Shown: positions 50,254 to 60,261 of the stretch, one piece after another
How positions within the stretch are numbered: the first letter of the stretch is position 1
Layout: every line of letters starts with the position of its first letter
Assembly (NCBI GenBank): GCA_963711835.1
Contig: CAVQFQ010000018.1
Location: 17,682-81,681 of the forward strand
From: an uncultured delta proteobacterium
Lineage (GTDB): Bacteria; Desulfobacterota; RBG-13-43-22
Reading direction: 5' to 3'
DNA length: 64,000 bases
The notes under the pieces: model-generated
The model's input: only the letters and a program-made list of their open reading frames with translations
Database searches by the model: none
What the model was told of the DNA's origin: nothing
Translations under genes and position numbers: made by a program

Positions 50254-51333
50254 CTACCGTAATTTTAACGTGCTTAAAGACAGCAAACTCAGAATGACGG
50301 CGATAATCCAGAATCGGACAATGACCTTGGGTTCAGCCCACCCTTTCAGTTCAAAATGATGGTGTAAAGGGGCCATGCGAAAAATTCGTTTTCCGTGGGT
50401 CATCTTGAAGTAGCCCACCTGGAAGATGACCGAAAGGGCCTCGATGACAAAAATTCCGCCCACCAGGATCAACAAAATTTCATTTTTGGTAATAACCGCT
50501 GTGGTTCCCAGGGCCGACCCTAAGGAAAGGGAGCCCACATCCCCCATAAAGACTTGCGCCGGATAGGCGTTAAACCAGAGGAAACCGATTCCGGCCCCGA
50601 CCATGGCGCCGCATAAGATGGAAAGTTCCCCGGATCCTGGCACATAGGGTATGAGAAGATAATTGGCAATCTTGAAGTGGCCGCTAAAGTAGCTGAGCAA
50701 CAAAAAGGTCCCGAAGGCAATGGTGGCCGGACCAATGGCCAGCCCGTCCAAACCATCGGTCAGGTTGACGGCATTGGAAGTCCCGACAATGATAAACAGG
50801 GCCAAAATAACATAACCCAAACCAAGGTCAGGGGTCAGGGCCTTAAAGAAGGGGATGTTCAACCGGGTGTTGAATTTATAATTCAGATATAAAAAAATGG
50901 CCGGGATTAAGGCGACCCCGATTTGCCAGAGAAACTTCGCCCGGGGGGAGAGGCCTTTATTTTTCTTTTTTATCAGCATCAAATAGTCATCCCAAAAGCC
51001 GAGACCTCCAAAAAACAGGGAAACTGAAAGCACCAGCCAGATATATTCATTGGTTAGATCAGCCCAGCAGAGCGTTGCGACAAAGACCGCGAAAAGGATC
51101 AAGACCCCGCCCATGGTGGGCGTCCCTTCTTTGCTGAGATGGGATTGGGGGCCGTCTTCCCGGATGTATTGGCCGATCTGGTATTTCTTCAGCAGGCGGA
51201 TAACGGTGGGTCCTAAGATAAAGGTGATCAATAAGGCCGTCAGGGTGGCATAGATCGTCCTGAGCGAGATGTATCGAAAAACATTAAAAAAGGAAAGCTG
51301 GGTATGAAGGCCGTAGAGTAAGTGATAGAGCAT
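50254..51333 (-). CDS. mraY: Phospho-MurNAc-pentapeptide transferase
   Basis: [35 protein letters not shown]. Confidence 0.98.
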   Translation of the reverse strand: MLYHLLYGLHTQLSFFNVFRYISLRTIYATLTALLITFILGPTVIRLLKKYQIGQYIREDGPQSHLSKEGTPTMGGVLILFAVFVATLCWADLTNEYIWLVLSVSLFFGGLGFWDDYLMLIKKKNKGLSPRAKFLWQIGVALIPAIFLYLNYKFNTRLNIPFFKALTPDLGLGYVILALFIIVGTSNAVNLTDGLDGLAIGPATIAFGTFLLLSYFSGHFKIANYLLIPYVPGSGELSILCGAMVGAGIGFLWFNAYPAQVFMGDVGSLSLGSALGTTAVITKNEILLILVGGIFVIEALSVIFQVGYFKMTHGKRIFRMAPLHHHFELKGWAEPKVIVRFWIIAVILSLLSLSTLKLR

Positions 51334-51336
51334 GGC

Positions 51337-52743
51337 TTAAGGGGCCTCCTTTTCCAGGGAGCGGACCACGGCATCCATCCCCAGGCCGTGCGACCCCTTG
51401 ACCAGCACCCAGTCCCCCGGCTGCATGACGTCCATCAGGCGCTGGACCGCCTCCTGTTGGGTCCGGATCTGAAAGGCCCGGGCCGGGGGACGAGAACCTT
51501 TCAGGGCTTTTTCCAGTAAGACCTGAGAGAGAGGGCCAAGGGTTAAAAGATAATCGATCCCCATCTCACCGATGAGTTCGCCGATTTCCTGATGGGCCGG
51601 CCCGGCCTGCTCCCCAAGTTCCAACATGTCGCCCAAGACCAGCCCTCCTCTATCGGCTTTCCGGAGAGATTGGAAGGTGGAAAGGGCTGCTTTTAAAGAG
51701 GCCGGGTTGGCATTGTAGGTATCGTCGATAAGGCGAACTTCCCGGACTCCTTTTCTGAGCTGGAGCCGGTGCTCCGGGAGGGAGGCCTGTTCCAGGCCTT
51801 TCCGGACGGTGGTTAGAGAAAGACCCAGGGCCAGGGCCGCGGCCGCCGCCCCTAAGGCATTGACGATATTATGGCCTCCCTGCATTTTCAGGAAAACTTC
51901 CTGCTCCTCCCCCTGGAAAAGGATTCGAAACCGAAATCCCTCCGTGGTCGAATCAATAAGCCGGCCTTGGACCTGGGCCCCGGGGTCCAGGCCAAAGGTC
52001 ATCTTTCGGGCCCGACAGGTTTGAGCCAGTTCTTTTATCCGAAAATCATCCTGATTAATAATGGCCCAATCACCCGGACCCAGGGCCTCGAAGAGTTCTC
52101 CTTTCGCCTGGGTAATGGCCTCCAGGGAACCCAAACCCTCTAAATGGGCCGGCCCGATACTGGTCAAAAGACCTGCGGCCGGTTTGGCTATCTGGCATAA
52201 ACGGGCGATCTCGCCGGCCCGGTTCATGCCCATTTCCATCACGGCAAAACGAATCCCGGCCTGAAGAGAAAAGAGACTTAATGGTAATCCGATCCAGTTG
52301 TTCAGGTTCCCGAGATTCTTTAAGGTCGGCCCCTCCAATTGCAGGATGCTCGCCAGCATATCCTTGGCGGTTGTCTTGCCGTTACTACCCGAAATACCAG
52401 TCAGGACAACCGGAAACAGGTCCCTCCAGAGGGAAGCCAGATCTCCCAAAGCGGTCAGGGTGTCCTTGACCAGGATGATGGCTTTTCCCGAGACCGGGAC
52501 ACCCGGCGGAAAGGGCTCCGAAACCAGGGCCGCCGCCGCCCCTTTTTCAAAGGCTTGAGAAAGGAAGGTCTGGCCGTTAAAATGGGGTCCTTTTAAGGCC
52601 ACAAACAGATTTCCGGCCTGAAGAGTCCGGGTGTCAGTCGAAACCCCCTGAGCCTCCCGGTTGAGCTCTCCCTGGATGAGCCTGCCGGAAATACCTTGGA
52701 TCAGGTTATCCCAGCCTAAGTGGTCGGTGTTAAACATCCCCAT
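51337..52743 (-). CDS. murF: UDP-MurNAc-tripeptide-D-Ala-D-Ala ligase
   Basis: STDTR, GSNGKTT, EMGMN, DDTYNANP, GDMLELG, VKGS. Confidence 0.96.
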   Translation of the reverse strand: MGMFNTDHLGWDNLIQGISGRLIQGELNREAQGVSTDTRTLQAGNLFVALKGPHFNGQTFLSQAFEKGAAAALVSEPFPPGVPVSGKAIILVKDTLTALGDLASLWRDLFPVVLTGISGSNGKTTAKDMLASILQLEGPTLKNLGNLNNWIGLPLSLFSLQAGIRFAVMEMGMNRAGEIARLCQIAKPAAGLLTSIGPAHLEGLGSLEAITQAKGELFEALGPGDWAIINQDDFRIKELAQTCRARKMTFGLDPGAQVQGRLIDSTTEGFRFRILFQGEEQEVFLKMQGGHNIVNALGAAAAALALGLSLTTVRKGLEQASLPEHRLQLRKGVREVRLIDDTYNANPASLKAALSTFQSLRKADRGGLVLGDMLELGEQAGPAHQEIGELIGEMGIDYLLTLGPLSQVLLEKALKGSRPPARAFQIRTQQEAVQRLMDVMQPGDWVLVKGSHGLGMDAVVRSLEKEAP

Positions 52744-54257
52744 CCTCTAAAGCCTTTAAGGCTTCCCGGCGGTCATCAAAGGCCAGGGTTTTTTGACCAA
52801 CCAACTGAGTGGACTTCGTGCCCTTTTCCGGCGATCAGCACCAGATCGCCGGGCCGGGCCAGACGAATGGCCAGATGAATCGCTTCGGCCCGATCAGGAA
52901 CCAAGCTGTAACCTGGGGTGTCAGGGAGCCGATTGAGGCCTGTCCGTTCAAAAAAGGGGCGTCCTGATTTTATCAGGCCGGTCTCTATTTCCTGGATAAT
53001 CGTTAAGGGATCTTCCGATCTGGGGTTGTCGGAAGTAATCAGGGTAAAATGACTTAAGTTACCCGCCACCAGACCCATCAGCGGGCGCTTCTGAAGATCA
53101 CGATCACCCCCGCAGCCAAAGACCGTCAGAATTCTTCCTTTTCCGCAGGCCTTTAATGAAATTAGAGCAAACTCCAAGGCCTGCGGGGTATGGGCGTAAT
53201 CGACCAGAAGGGTCAGGCCCCTGGTATTGGGAACAGGCTCCATCCTACCCGGCACCCGGGCCAGAGATTCGATCCCTTCCTGAATGACCTTCCCGGGAAG
53301 ATGAAAGCCTTCTCCTACGGCCCAGGCCGCTAAGATATTATACATATTGTAACGGCCGATCAAAGAGGAGGTGATGCCATAGTCCCCTTTTGGGGTTCGA
53401 ATAGTGCCCGAAATCCCGTTAAGATCGGAATGAAGCTTCAGAGGAAAGTAGGCGGCCCGGCCTTCTATCCTGAAATCCTGCTTGCGGTCCTTTATTTCTT
53501 CCCAGAGTCTCTGCCCATAAGGATCATCCCGGTTGATGATGGCTTGAGCCGGAGCTCCATCAGAGGAAGGCTTCAAATGGTGTTGAAAAAGCTTGGCCTT
53601 GGCTTGAAAATAGTCTTCCATATCACGGTGATAATCAAGGTGATCCTGGCTTAAGTTGGTAAAGATTCCCTGCTCAAAGCAGACCTCTCCCAACCGGCCC
53701 TGGTCTAAGGCATGGGAGGAAACTTCCATGACCACATGGGTTATTTTTTCCCGGACCATTTCAGCCAAAAGCTCCTGCAAATCCAGGGATTCAGGAGTGG
53801 TGACCGGGGCTGGGATGACCCTTGAACCGGTGCGATAAGAGATGGTCCCCAAAACGCCGACCCGGCACCCGGCAACCTTTAAAACCGATTCAATTAAATA
53901 AGAGGTCGTTGTTTTACCATTAGTCCCGGTAATGCCCACCAGATGGAGTCGCCGGGCCGGATACTCAAAAAAACGGGTTGATAGTTTAGATAAGGCCTCC
54001 CGGCTGTTTCCAACCCGAATCCCGGTTAAGGTTCCAGGAACCTTAGCCGCCCCCTTCTCCTGGACGATGACCCGGGCCCCATTTTGGATGGCCTGATCGA
54101 TATAGCGATGGCCATCGGTTTTATGGCCGGAGATGGCCACGAACAGGCCGTTTTTCCGTACTTTTCGGGAATCATAGGCCAAACTTTCAATCTCTATATC
54201 CCTGTTGCCGCAAACTTCGGCCCCAGGCAGGGTCCGGATTAATTCTTCAAGGTTCAA
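52730..54257 (-). CDS. murE: UDP-MurNAc-dipeptide-DAP ligase (apparent frameshift near 52814)
   Basis: GTNGKTT, EVSSH, DYAHTP, DNPR (meso-DAP), GKGHE; the conserved tail QLVGQKTLAFDDR continues in a shifted frame. Confidence 0.93.
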
Positions 54258-54293
54258 AAGGGCCTCTCTTCTAAAGGATCCACAAATCACGTC

Positions 54294-56270
54294 TTAAAGT
54301 ACGGGATGAAATTGTACCTGGCAGGGAGTTCCCTGACTGAGCAGGCTCCCCGGCAAAGGCCTCTGGGAAACGGCCTTTCCCGTCCCAACCAGAACTACCG
54401 GGACCTCATAGCCTTTCATCACCTCCAACACCTTCCGCATACTCATCCCCCGCACATCAGGCATGATCTTTTTGTTCTGGATTTCGCCCGTCAGGGGCCC
54501 GGCCTCTTCCAGATGCCGCTGGGCCAGCAACCAGGGATTCTGCTGCACCGGCAGGTCTTGGACGGGGGGCGGCGCCATAATCCTTTTTTGGCCCAGTAAA
54601 GAGAGGGTTTGTTCCCCAATGGCTTTAAAAACCGGACCGGCTACAACCCCCCCGTAATGGGACCCTTTGGGTTCATCGATGACAATCACGATCACCAAAG
54701 AGGGATTTTCAGCCGGTAAAAAGCCCATAAAAGTCGAAAGGGATTTCCCGGGGGCATAGCGGCGGGTGGCCGGGTTTACTTTTTGGGCTGTTCCGGTTTT
54801 TCCGCCCACCTGAAAACCTTCGATAGCGGCCAGGGTGGCGGTTCCCCCAGGTTCGGTAACCCGGACCAGGAGCTGCCTCATCAACCGGGCGGTGTCCGGA
54901 GAAAGGACCTGCCTGACGGGTTGGGGAGTAAAGGATTTTACCGGTTGTCCTTTTTGATCCAGGATCTTCTGGACCAGGTAGGGCTTCATGAGCCGGCCGT
55001 CGTTGGCGATGGCTCCCAGGGCAGCGGTAAGCTGGAGGGCGGTGACGGTAATCCCCTGGCCGAAACAGATATTGGAGGCCTCGATTTCTCCCCAGCGTTG
55101 GTAAGGCCAGACCACGGCCCCAACCTCCCCGGGTAAGTCGATCCCGGTTTCCCTCCCGAAACCAAATTTCTTGATATAGGCATGAAAAGTCTTAGGCCCC
55201 ACTTTTTTACCGATCTTGGTCGCCCCGATATTACTGGAAACCTTGATGACATCCTGAAAAGAAAGCCAGCCGTAGCGGTGGACGTCATGGATGACATGGT
55301 TTCCCACCCGATAAGACCCATTCTCGCAAAAGATCATGTCGTTGATGCCGAACTTTTTCTCTTCCAAAGCGGCGGCCAGCAGAAAGGTCTTGAAGGTCGA
55401 TCCCGGCTCAAAGGTATCGGTTAAGGCCTGATTTCTTCTAAAAGAGGGCGGAATTTCTTTAAAGCCGTTTAAATTAAAAGAGGGTTGGTTGGCCATAGCC
55501 AGGACTTCCCCGGTCTTCGGATTCATAACAATGGCCATTCCTCCTTTGGCCTGGGCCTTGATCACCCCTTTTTTTAATTCCTTTTCCGCCAGGTATTGAA
55601 TGTTCTTATCCAAGGTCAGGACCAGGCTCAGCCCCTCATTTTCCTGAATCGTCTCCATATCATTCAGGTAAAGGGACCGGCCCAGGGCGTCGCGGACGCT
55701 GGGTTCGTACAGGTAAGGACTCTTGAGAAAGGTATTGTATTGCCGTTCCAGCCCTTCCAATCCATTAGGGTCGGCCCCCACAAAACCGATAACGTGACAG
55801 GCCAGATCCAGATAGGGATAAAAACGCTGGGCTTCCTTGGTAAAGGCGACCCCTTCCATGCCCTGGGCCTTAACCGCTTCGCATTGACTGGGGGTGGCCC
55901 GGCGTTTAAGAAAGACAAACGGTTTCGATTGACTGAGCAATTGAGAAAGCCGTTTTTGTTCTATGGCTAGTACCGGGCTTAACTGCCCGGAGACTTCGTT
56001 AACATCCTTGATCCCTTTGGGCTGGGCAAAGATGGATTCCATTTCAACCGTCAAGGCCAATTCAAACCGATTCCGATCGAAAATCGCCCCCCTTTTATGG
56101 GTCCTGGGAATCTGTTTCTGGATTTCATTTCGGGCGATCTTGGCCAGCTTGGGCCCCTCCCATAATTGGAGCTGGGTGGCCCGGAAAACAATAATCAGAA
56201 AAAGGAGACCACTGAGGCCCAGGACCCAATGCAGTCGGAATCGAATCCATTTCAGATCGGGTTCCTTCAT
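54294..56270 (-). CDS. ftsI: Class B PBP FtsI with PASTA domain
   Basis: RGAIFDRN, EPGSTFK, SSN, GKTGTAQ, C-terminal MPDVRGMS PASTA. Confidence 0.96.
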   Translation of the reverse strand: MKEPDLKWIRFRLHWVLGLSGLLFLIIVFRATQLQLWEGPKLAKIARNEIQKQIPRTHKRGAIFDRNRFELALTVEMESIFAQPKGIKDVNEVSGQLSPVLAIEQKRLSQLLSQSKPFVFLKRRATPSQCEAVKAQGMEGVAFTKEAQRFYPYLDLACHVIGFVGADPNGLEGLERQYNTFLKSPYLYEPSVRDALGRSLYLNDMETIQENEGLSLVLTLDKNIQYLAEKELKKGVIKAQAKGGMAIVMNPKTGEVLAMANQPSFNLNGFKEIPPSFRRNQALTDTFEPGSTFKTFLLAAALEEKKFGINDMIFCENGSYRVGNHVIHDVHRYGWLSFQDVIKVSSNIGATKIGKKVGPKTFHAYIKKFGFGRETGIDLPGEVGAVVWPYQRWGEIEASNICFGQGITVTALQLTAALGAIANDGRLMKPYLVQKILDQKGQPVKSFTPQPVRQVLSPDTARLMRQLLVRVTEPGGTATLAAIEGFQVGGKTGTAQKVNPATRRYAPGKSLSTFMGFLPAENPSLVIVIVIDEPKGSHYGGVVAGPVFKAIGEQTLSLLGQKRIMAPPPVQDLPVQQNPWLLAQRHLEEAGPLTGEIQNKKIMPDVRGMSMRKVLEVMKGYEVPVVLVGTGKAVSQRPLPGSLLSQGTPCQVQFHPVL

Positions 56271-56593
56271 TTTATAATCTCTATCTGTCCCTTGGCGGGC
56301 GGTCTCAACCCTAATTTGGTCAGAGCAATCTGTTCAATGCGTTCGGGAGCTCTCAAGTTGGCCAGTTGTATGCGCAACTTTTTATTCGTTTCCGTCAGCT
56401 CCTTTTTCTGTTTCTGTTCCCTGGCCAGATCATAACTCAAGTTGACTCGCTGGACATGGAGCCAAATATAAGCCAGGACTGCAGGGATAAAAAACCCCAG
56501 GGCGATCAAAGTGTACTTCAAGGGATTCCTGGAGCCCGAATCCTTTGACGGTTTTTTTCTTTTATGCGGCTGCGGCCGGATTGACCCTTTCAT
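56267..56593 (-). CDS. ftsL: Cell division protein FtsL
   Basis: TM + leucine zipper, PERIEQIA..LGL; between rsmH and ftsI. Confidence 0.87.
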   Translation of the reverse strand: MKGSIRPQPHKRKKPSKDSGSRNPLKYTLIALGFFIPAVLAYIWLHVQRVNLSYDLAREQKQKKELTETNKKLRIQLANLRAPERIEQIALTKLGLRPPAKGQIEIIK

Positions 56594-57507
56594 GACAGTC
56601 TCTCCCCGACCCGGAGTTTTGCGGAGCGGGCCCGGGGATTTTCCCGGATCTCCTCCGGACTCGGGGGCCAGGGTTTACGATTGATCCTTTTGAATACGGG
56701 CCTTTCCGGAGTCTCCGAATAGCCCGGATCGGTTTGTCCGGTCGGGATTCCCCGTTCCAATTTCAGAAAGGCCTCTTTAATGAGCCGATCTTCCAGGGAG
56801 TGATAGGAAAGCAGACAGACCCGCCCGCCCGGATTCAAGACCCGGATAAACTGCTCCAAAAAATTTTGTAATTGAGCCAGTTCATCATTGACGAGGATAC
56901 GCAGGGCCTGAAAGGTCCTGGTGGCCGGGTGAAGACGTTTGGGCCAATACTTTCGAGGAATGGCTTCAGCCACCCGGTCGGCCAATTCCCGGGTGGTTTC
57001 AATTGCCTTTCCGGCCGGAAAAGCCGCCACCTTTTTGGCAATGCGCTTGGCCCAGCGCTCCTCGCCGTACTGTCTTAACACCTGCGCCAACTCTTTTTCT
57101 TTGGCCCGGGCCAGCCATTCCCGGGCGGTTCTGCCCTGACTTCGATCCATCCGCATATCCAAGGGATCTTCCCTTTGGAAGCTGAAGCCTCTTTCCGGGC
57201 TTTCCAACTGGAAGGAAGAGAAGCCCAGATCGAGAAGGATGCCGTCAACCGCCTCAAATCCCGAATGGAACAGGATGTCTTTTACATCTCCAAATTTCCC
57301 ATGAATCAGGTGCAGTCGGTTGGAAAAGGGGCTTAACTTCTCCCGGGCCAGGATGATACTTTCCGGGTCTCGGTCAATTCCGATAACCTGCGTGGGTGCC
57401 GGGCTGTTCTGGAGAATGGCCAAGGTATGGCCTCCGGTTCCCAGGGTGCCGTCGACAAACAGGCCTCCCCGGGAACACCGCAGCTGGTGTACCACTTCTT
57501 GAACCAT
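56590..57507 (-). CDS. rsmH: 16S rRNA m4C1402 methyltransferase
   Basis: DGTLGTGGH, DLGFSSFQL, RGFSF, PLDMRMD, SYHSLEDR, NPRARSAKLR. Confidence 0.97.
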   Translation of the reverse strand: MVQEVVHQLRCSRGGLFVDGTLGTGGHTLAILQNSPAPTQVIGIDRDPESIILAREKLSPFSNRLHLIHGKFGDVKDILFHSGFEAVDGILLDLGFSSFQLESPERGFSFQREDPLDMRMDRSQGRTAREWLARAKEKELAQVLRQYGEERWAKRIAKKVAAFPAGKAIETTRELADRVAEAIPRKYWPKRLHPATRTFQALRILVNDELAQLQNFLEQFIRVLNPGGRVCLLSYHSLEDRLIKEAFLKLERGIPTGQTDPGYSETPERPVFKRINRKPWPPSPEEIRENPRARSAKLRVGERLS

Positions 57508-57542
57508 TACCGGTTGATGGCTGGTCGCGGTTGATCTCCTTT

Positions 57543-57983
57543 TTATAGACCCAGTGAGGCCAATTTGTTTTCCAGGTCAGGCAGCTTACTGATGCTCTTG
57601 GATAATTCTTCTTCAAACCTTCCCTTGTCCCAGATTTCAAAGCATTTAAGCTGGCCGGCCATAACCACTTCTTTCTCCAGGCCTGCATATTCACGCAAGG
57701 CCGGAGGTACCAGGATGCGGCCCTGTCTATCGAGGTTGCATTCACAGGCCCCGGAGAGGAAAAAACGCTTAAAGGAGCGGATGTCCCGATCTACCAGGGA
57801 GAACTCCCCCATCTTTTCTTCGATTAGTTGCCATTCGGAATAGGGATAGGCTGCCAGGCAGTCCTCCCAGTTGGTGATGATCAGGCGCGGGTCTCCATGG
57901 GCCTTCAGCAATTCCCGAAAACGGGTTGGGATGCTGATCCGCCCCTTGGAATCAATGAGATGAATGGAACGTCCCCGAAACAC
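57543..57983 (-). CDS. mraZ: Division/cell wall cluster repressor MraZ
   Basis: MFRG, DSKGRISIP, DRQGRILVP, FEIWD. Confidence 0.97.
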   Translation of the reverse strand: MFRGRSIHLIDSKGRISIPTRFRELLKAHGDPRLIITNWEDCLAAYPYSEWQLIEEKMGEFSLVDRDIRSFKRFFLSGACECNLDRQGRILVPPALREYAGLEKEVVMAGQLKCFEIWDKGRFEEELSKSISKLPDLENKLASLGL

Positions 57984-58011
57984 TCTAAACCCCCAGCTTA
58001 AAGATCTTCAT

Positions 58012-58075
58012 CCTACACAATTCCCCACAATTCCCCACTTTTGTGTAAATATATAGGAAACCTGGGTCTTGTCAA
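58012..58075 (-). promoter_or_regulatory. dcw promoter with MraZ-binding direct repeats
   Basis: Minus strand TTGACA-N16-TATATT followed by GTGGGG/GTGGGG/GTGTAG at 10-nt periodicity. Confidence 0.8.
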
Positions 58076-58291
58076 GGAAAAAATGGGATTACCAATGGAA
58101 ATTCCTAAAATTTTTCTCCTTTAGGACCCGGGCAAGGGCGGGGTTGAAAATAGGTTGGCTATGCGTTATATTTCAGATCATAAGCAATCCAAATGGGAGG
58201 ATTGCTTAATTTTTAATGGGCACCATGATTACAGGATTTAAGACCCTGTTAGGTGATTCGAAACCCAACCGATAGGCAGGGAAGGAAGGTT

Positions 58292-60109
58292 ATGGAAGAT
58301 TTAAGAGATAAAAAGGGTTCCAGCCCCGAGGTGGACCAAAAGCTCCCGACTCAAAAGGAATTAGAGAGGGAATTAGGCGATTATTTGGCTAAAAAATACG
58401 GCGACCGGGTCAAGATCATTACCCCCTTTGTCTTTCCGAAAGGGGAACCCGAAGAAATCCCCACTTTTCCTAAAGAACAAAAAGCCGGTCCCGCCACTAA
58501 GATTGATTTTGATCTCAAACCGGAAGAATTAGAGGCCTATCTGGATGAATACGTAATCCGCCAGGACGAGGCCAAGGCCGTTCTGGCCACTAAAATCAGC
58601 ACCCATTTCAACCGCATCAAGTATTGGGAGCAGCAAGCGAAGCAAAACGGGACCGATCAAGTGGGCATGATCAAAAATAATATTATCATGATCGGACCCA
58701 CCGGTGTCGGGAAGACCTACCTGATCAAACTGATCGCCAAAAAATTAGGGGTCCCCTTTGTCAAAGGAGATGCCACCAAATTCAGTGAAACCGGCTACGT
58801 CGGGGGGGATGTGGAAGACCTGGTCCGCGATCTGGTCTATGAGTCCAATGGCGATATTGAGCTGGCGCAATGCGGCATCATCTATATCGACGAAATCGAC
58901 AAAATCGCCTCCAGCAACAATCTGATCGGGCCGGATGTTTCCCGGACCGGTGTTCAGCGGGCCCTGCTTAAACCCATGGAAGAGACCGAGATCGATCTCC
59001 GGGTGGCCCATGATCCCATTTCCCAATTGCAGGCCATTGAAAGTTATCGCAAGACCGGAAAACGGGAAAAGAAAACCATCAACACCAAAAACATCCTCTT
59101 TATTGTCAGCGGGGCTTTTTACAGTCTGGATAAAATGATTCAGAAGAGGGTCCAGGAGCAAGGCCTGGGCTTCGGCGCTCCCCTGAAATCCAAGAAAAAG
59201 AGCCAGAAATACTTGAACCAGGTTCGGGCTGAAGATCTGATCGGTTATGGATTCGAATCGGAATTTGTGGGGCGTCTGCCGGTGACGGTGGTCCTGGAGG
59301 AATTGACCCAGGATGACCTTTATCAAATCCTGAAGAATCCCAATAACCCCATCATTCGAAGCAAGAAAAGGGATTTTAAATCCTACGGGATTAATATCCT
59401 TTTCGAAGAAGAAGCCCTCCATCTTCTGGCCAAAAATGCCTGCGAAGAAAAAACCGGAGCCCGGGGACTGGTTAGTGTGGTAGAAAGGGCCTTAATAAAA
59501 TTTGAGAAAAAACTGCCCTCCACCGCCATTAAACAACTTCTGGTCACTCCGGAAGTGGTCCTTAACCCGGCCAAAGAACTGGACCGCCTGCTATCCCATC
59601 CCGATAACCCGGAAATCCGGACCCGTTTTCAATCGGCCTGGGAAGAAGAACGCCGGATCGTGATAAACCGGATTAAGACCAAGGCCCCGGAATATATGGG
59701 ACGCTTTGATACCAAATTGACCGATTTTCGCCTGGAGCTGATTGCCGATCGCTCCCTGGAGATGGTCCAGGACCTCCCCCAGGCCCTGGAAGCGATCTTT
59801 CAGATGATCCAGCAGGTTCAGGATTATGAAATGCGGTTCTTTGAACGATTCGGGATCGGTTTGAAGTTTTCCGAAGAAGGGACCGATGAGGTTCTCCGAA
59901 AGGCCGGGGCTTCCAGGGTGAGTGTCCTGTCCATTTGCGAGAATTTGTCCAAGGATTTTGAGTACGGCTTTAAACTGGTTCAGGAAAAAACCGGCCTGAC
60001 CCGCTTCATCATTACCCCGGAGGCCGTTTCCAATCCGGAGGCCTATATTCAAAAACTGATTCGAACCTATTACCAGCAGGGAGAACCGGTTTCCGAAAAA
60101 AGGGAATAA
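58292..60109 (+). CDS. ClpX-like AAA+ ATPase without Zn-finger, with long C-terminal extension
   Basis: IGPTGVGKT, DATKFSETGYVGGDVE, IDEIDKI, DVSRTGVQRALLK, LGF loop, TGARGL. Confidence 0.88.
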   Translation: MEDLRDKKGSSPEVDQKLPTQKELERELGDYLAKKYGDRVKIITPFVFPKGEPEEIPTFPKEQKAGPATKIDFDLKPEELEAYLDEYVIRQDEAKAVLATKISTHFNRIKYWEQQAKQNGTDQVGMIKNNIIMIGPTGVGKTYLIKLIAKKLGVPFVKGDATKFSETGYVGGDVEDLVRDLVYESNGDIELAQCGIIYIDEIDKIASSNNLIGPDVSRTGVQRALLKPMEETEIDLRVAHDPISQLQAIESYRKTGKREKKTINTKNILFIVSGAFYSLDKMIQKRVQEQGLGFGAPLKSKKKSQKYLNQVRAEDLIGYGFESEFVGRLPVTVVLEELTQDDLYQILKNPNNPIIRSKKRDFKSYGINILFEEEALHLLAKNACEEKTGARGLVSVVERALIKFEKKLPSTAIKQLLVTPEVVLNPAKELDRLLSHPDNPEIRTRFQSAWEEERRIVINRIKTKAPEYMGRFDTKLTDFRLELIADRSLEMVQDLPQALEAIFQMIQQVQDYEMRFFERFGIGLKFSEEGTDEVLRKAGASRVSVLSICENLSKDFEYGFKLVQEKTGLTRFIITPEAVSNPEAYIQKLIRTYYQQGEPVSEKRE

Positions 60110-60130
60110 TCCCAAGGCCGAGGCTGAGTC

Positions 60131-60240
60131 GGATACCGGATGACGGATGTCGGATACAGGACGCCTGATTTCGGATTCATCCATCCATTTGCAAAAACCC
60201 CCTCTATTCCCCCTTTGGCAAAGGGGGGCAGGGGGATTTA
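60131..60240. repeat. Degenerate 7-mer tandem (CGGATNN) followed by a REP-like C/G-run hairpin
   Basis: cggatac cggatga cggatgt cggatac aggacgc ctgattt cggattc; then ccccctttggcaaaggggg. Confidence 0.6.
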
Positions 60241-60261
60241 TTAAACCGAAGGTAAAACCAC

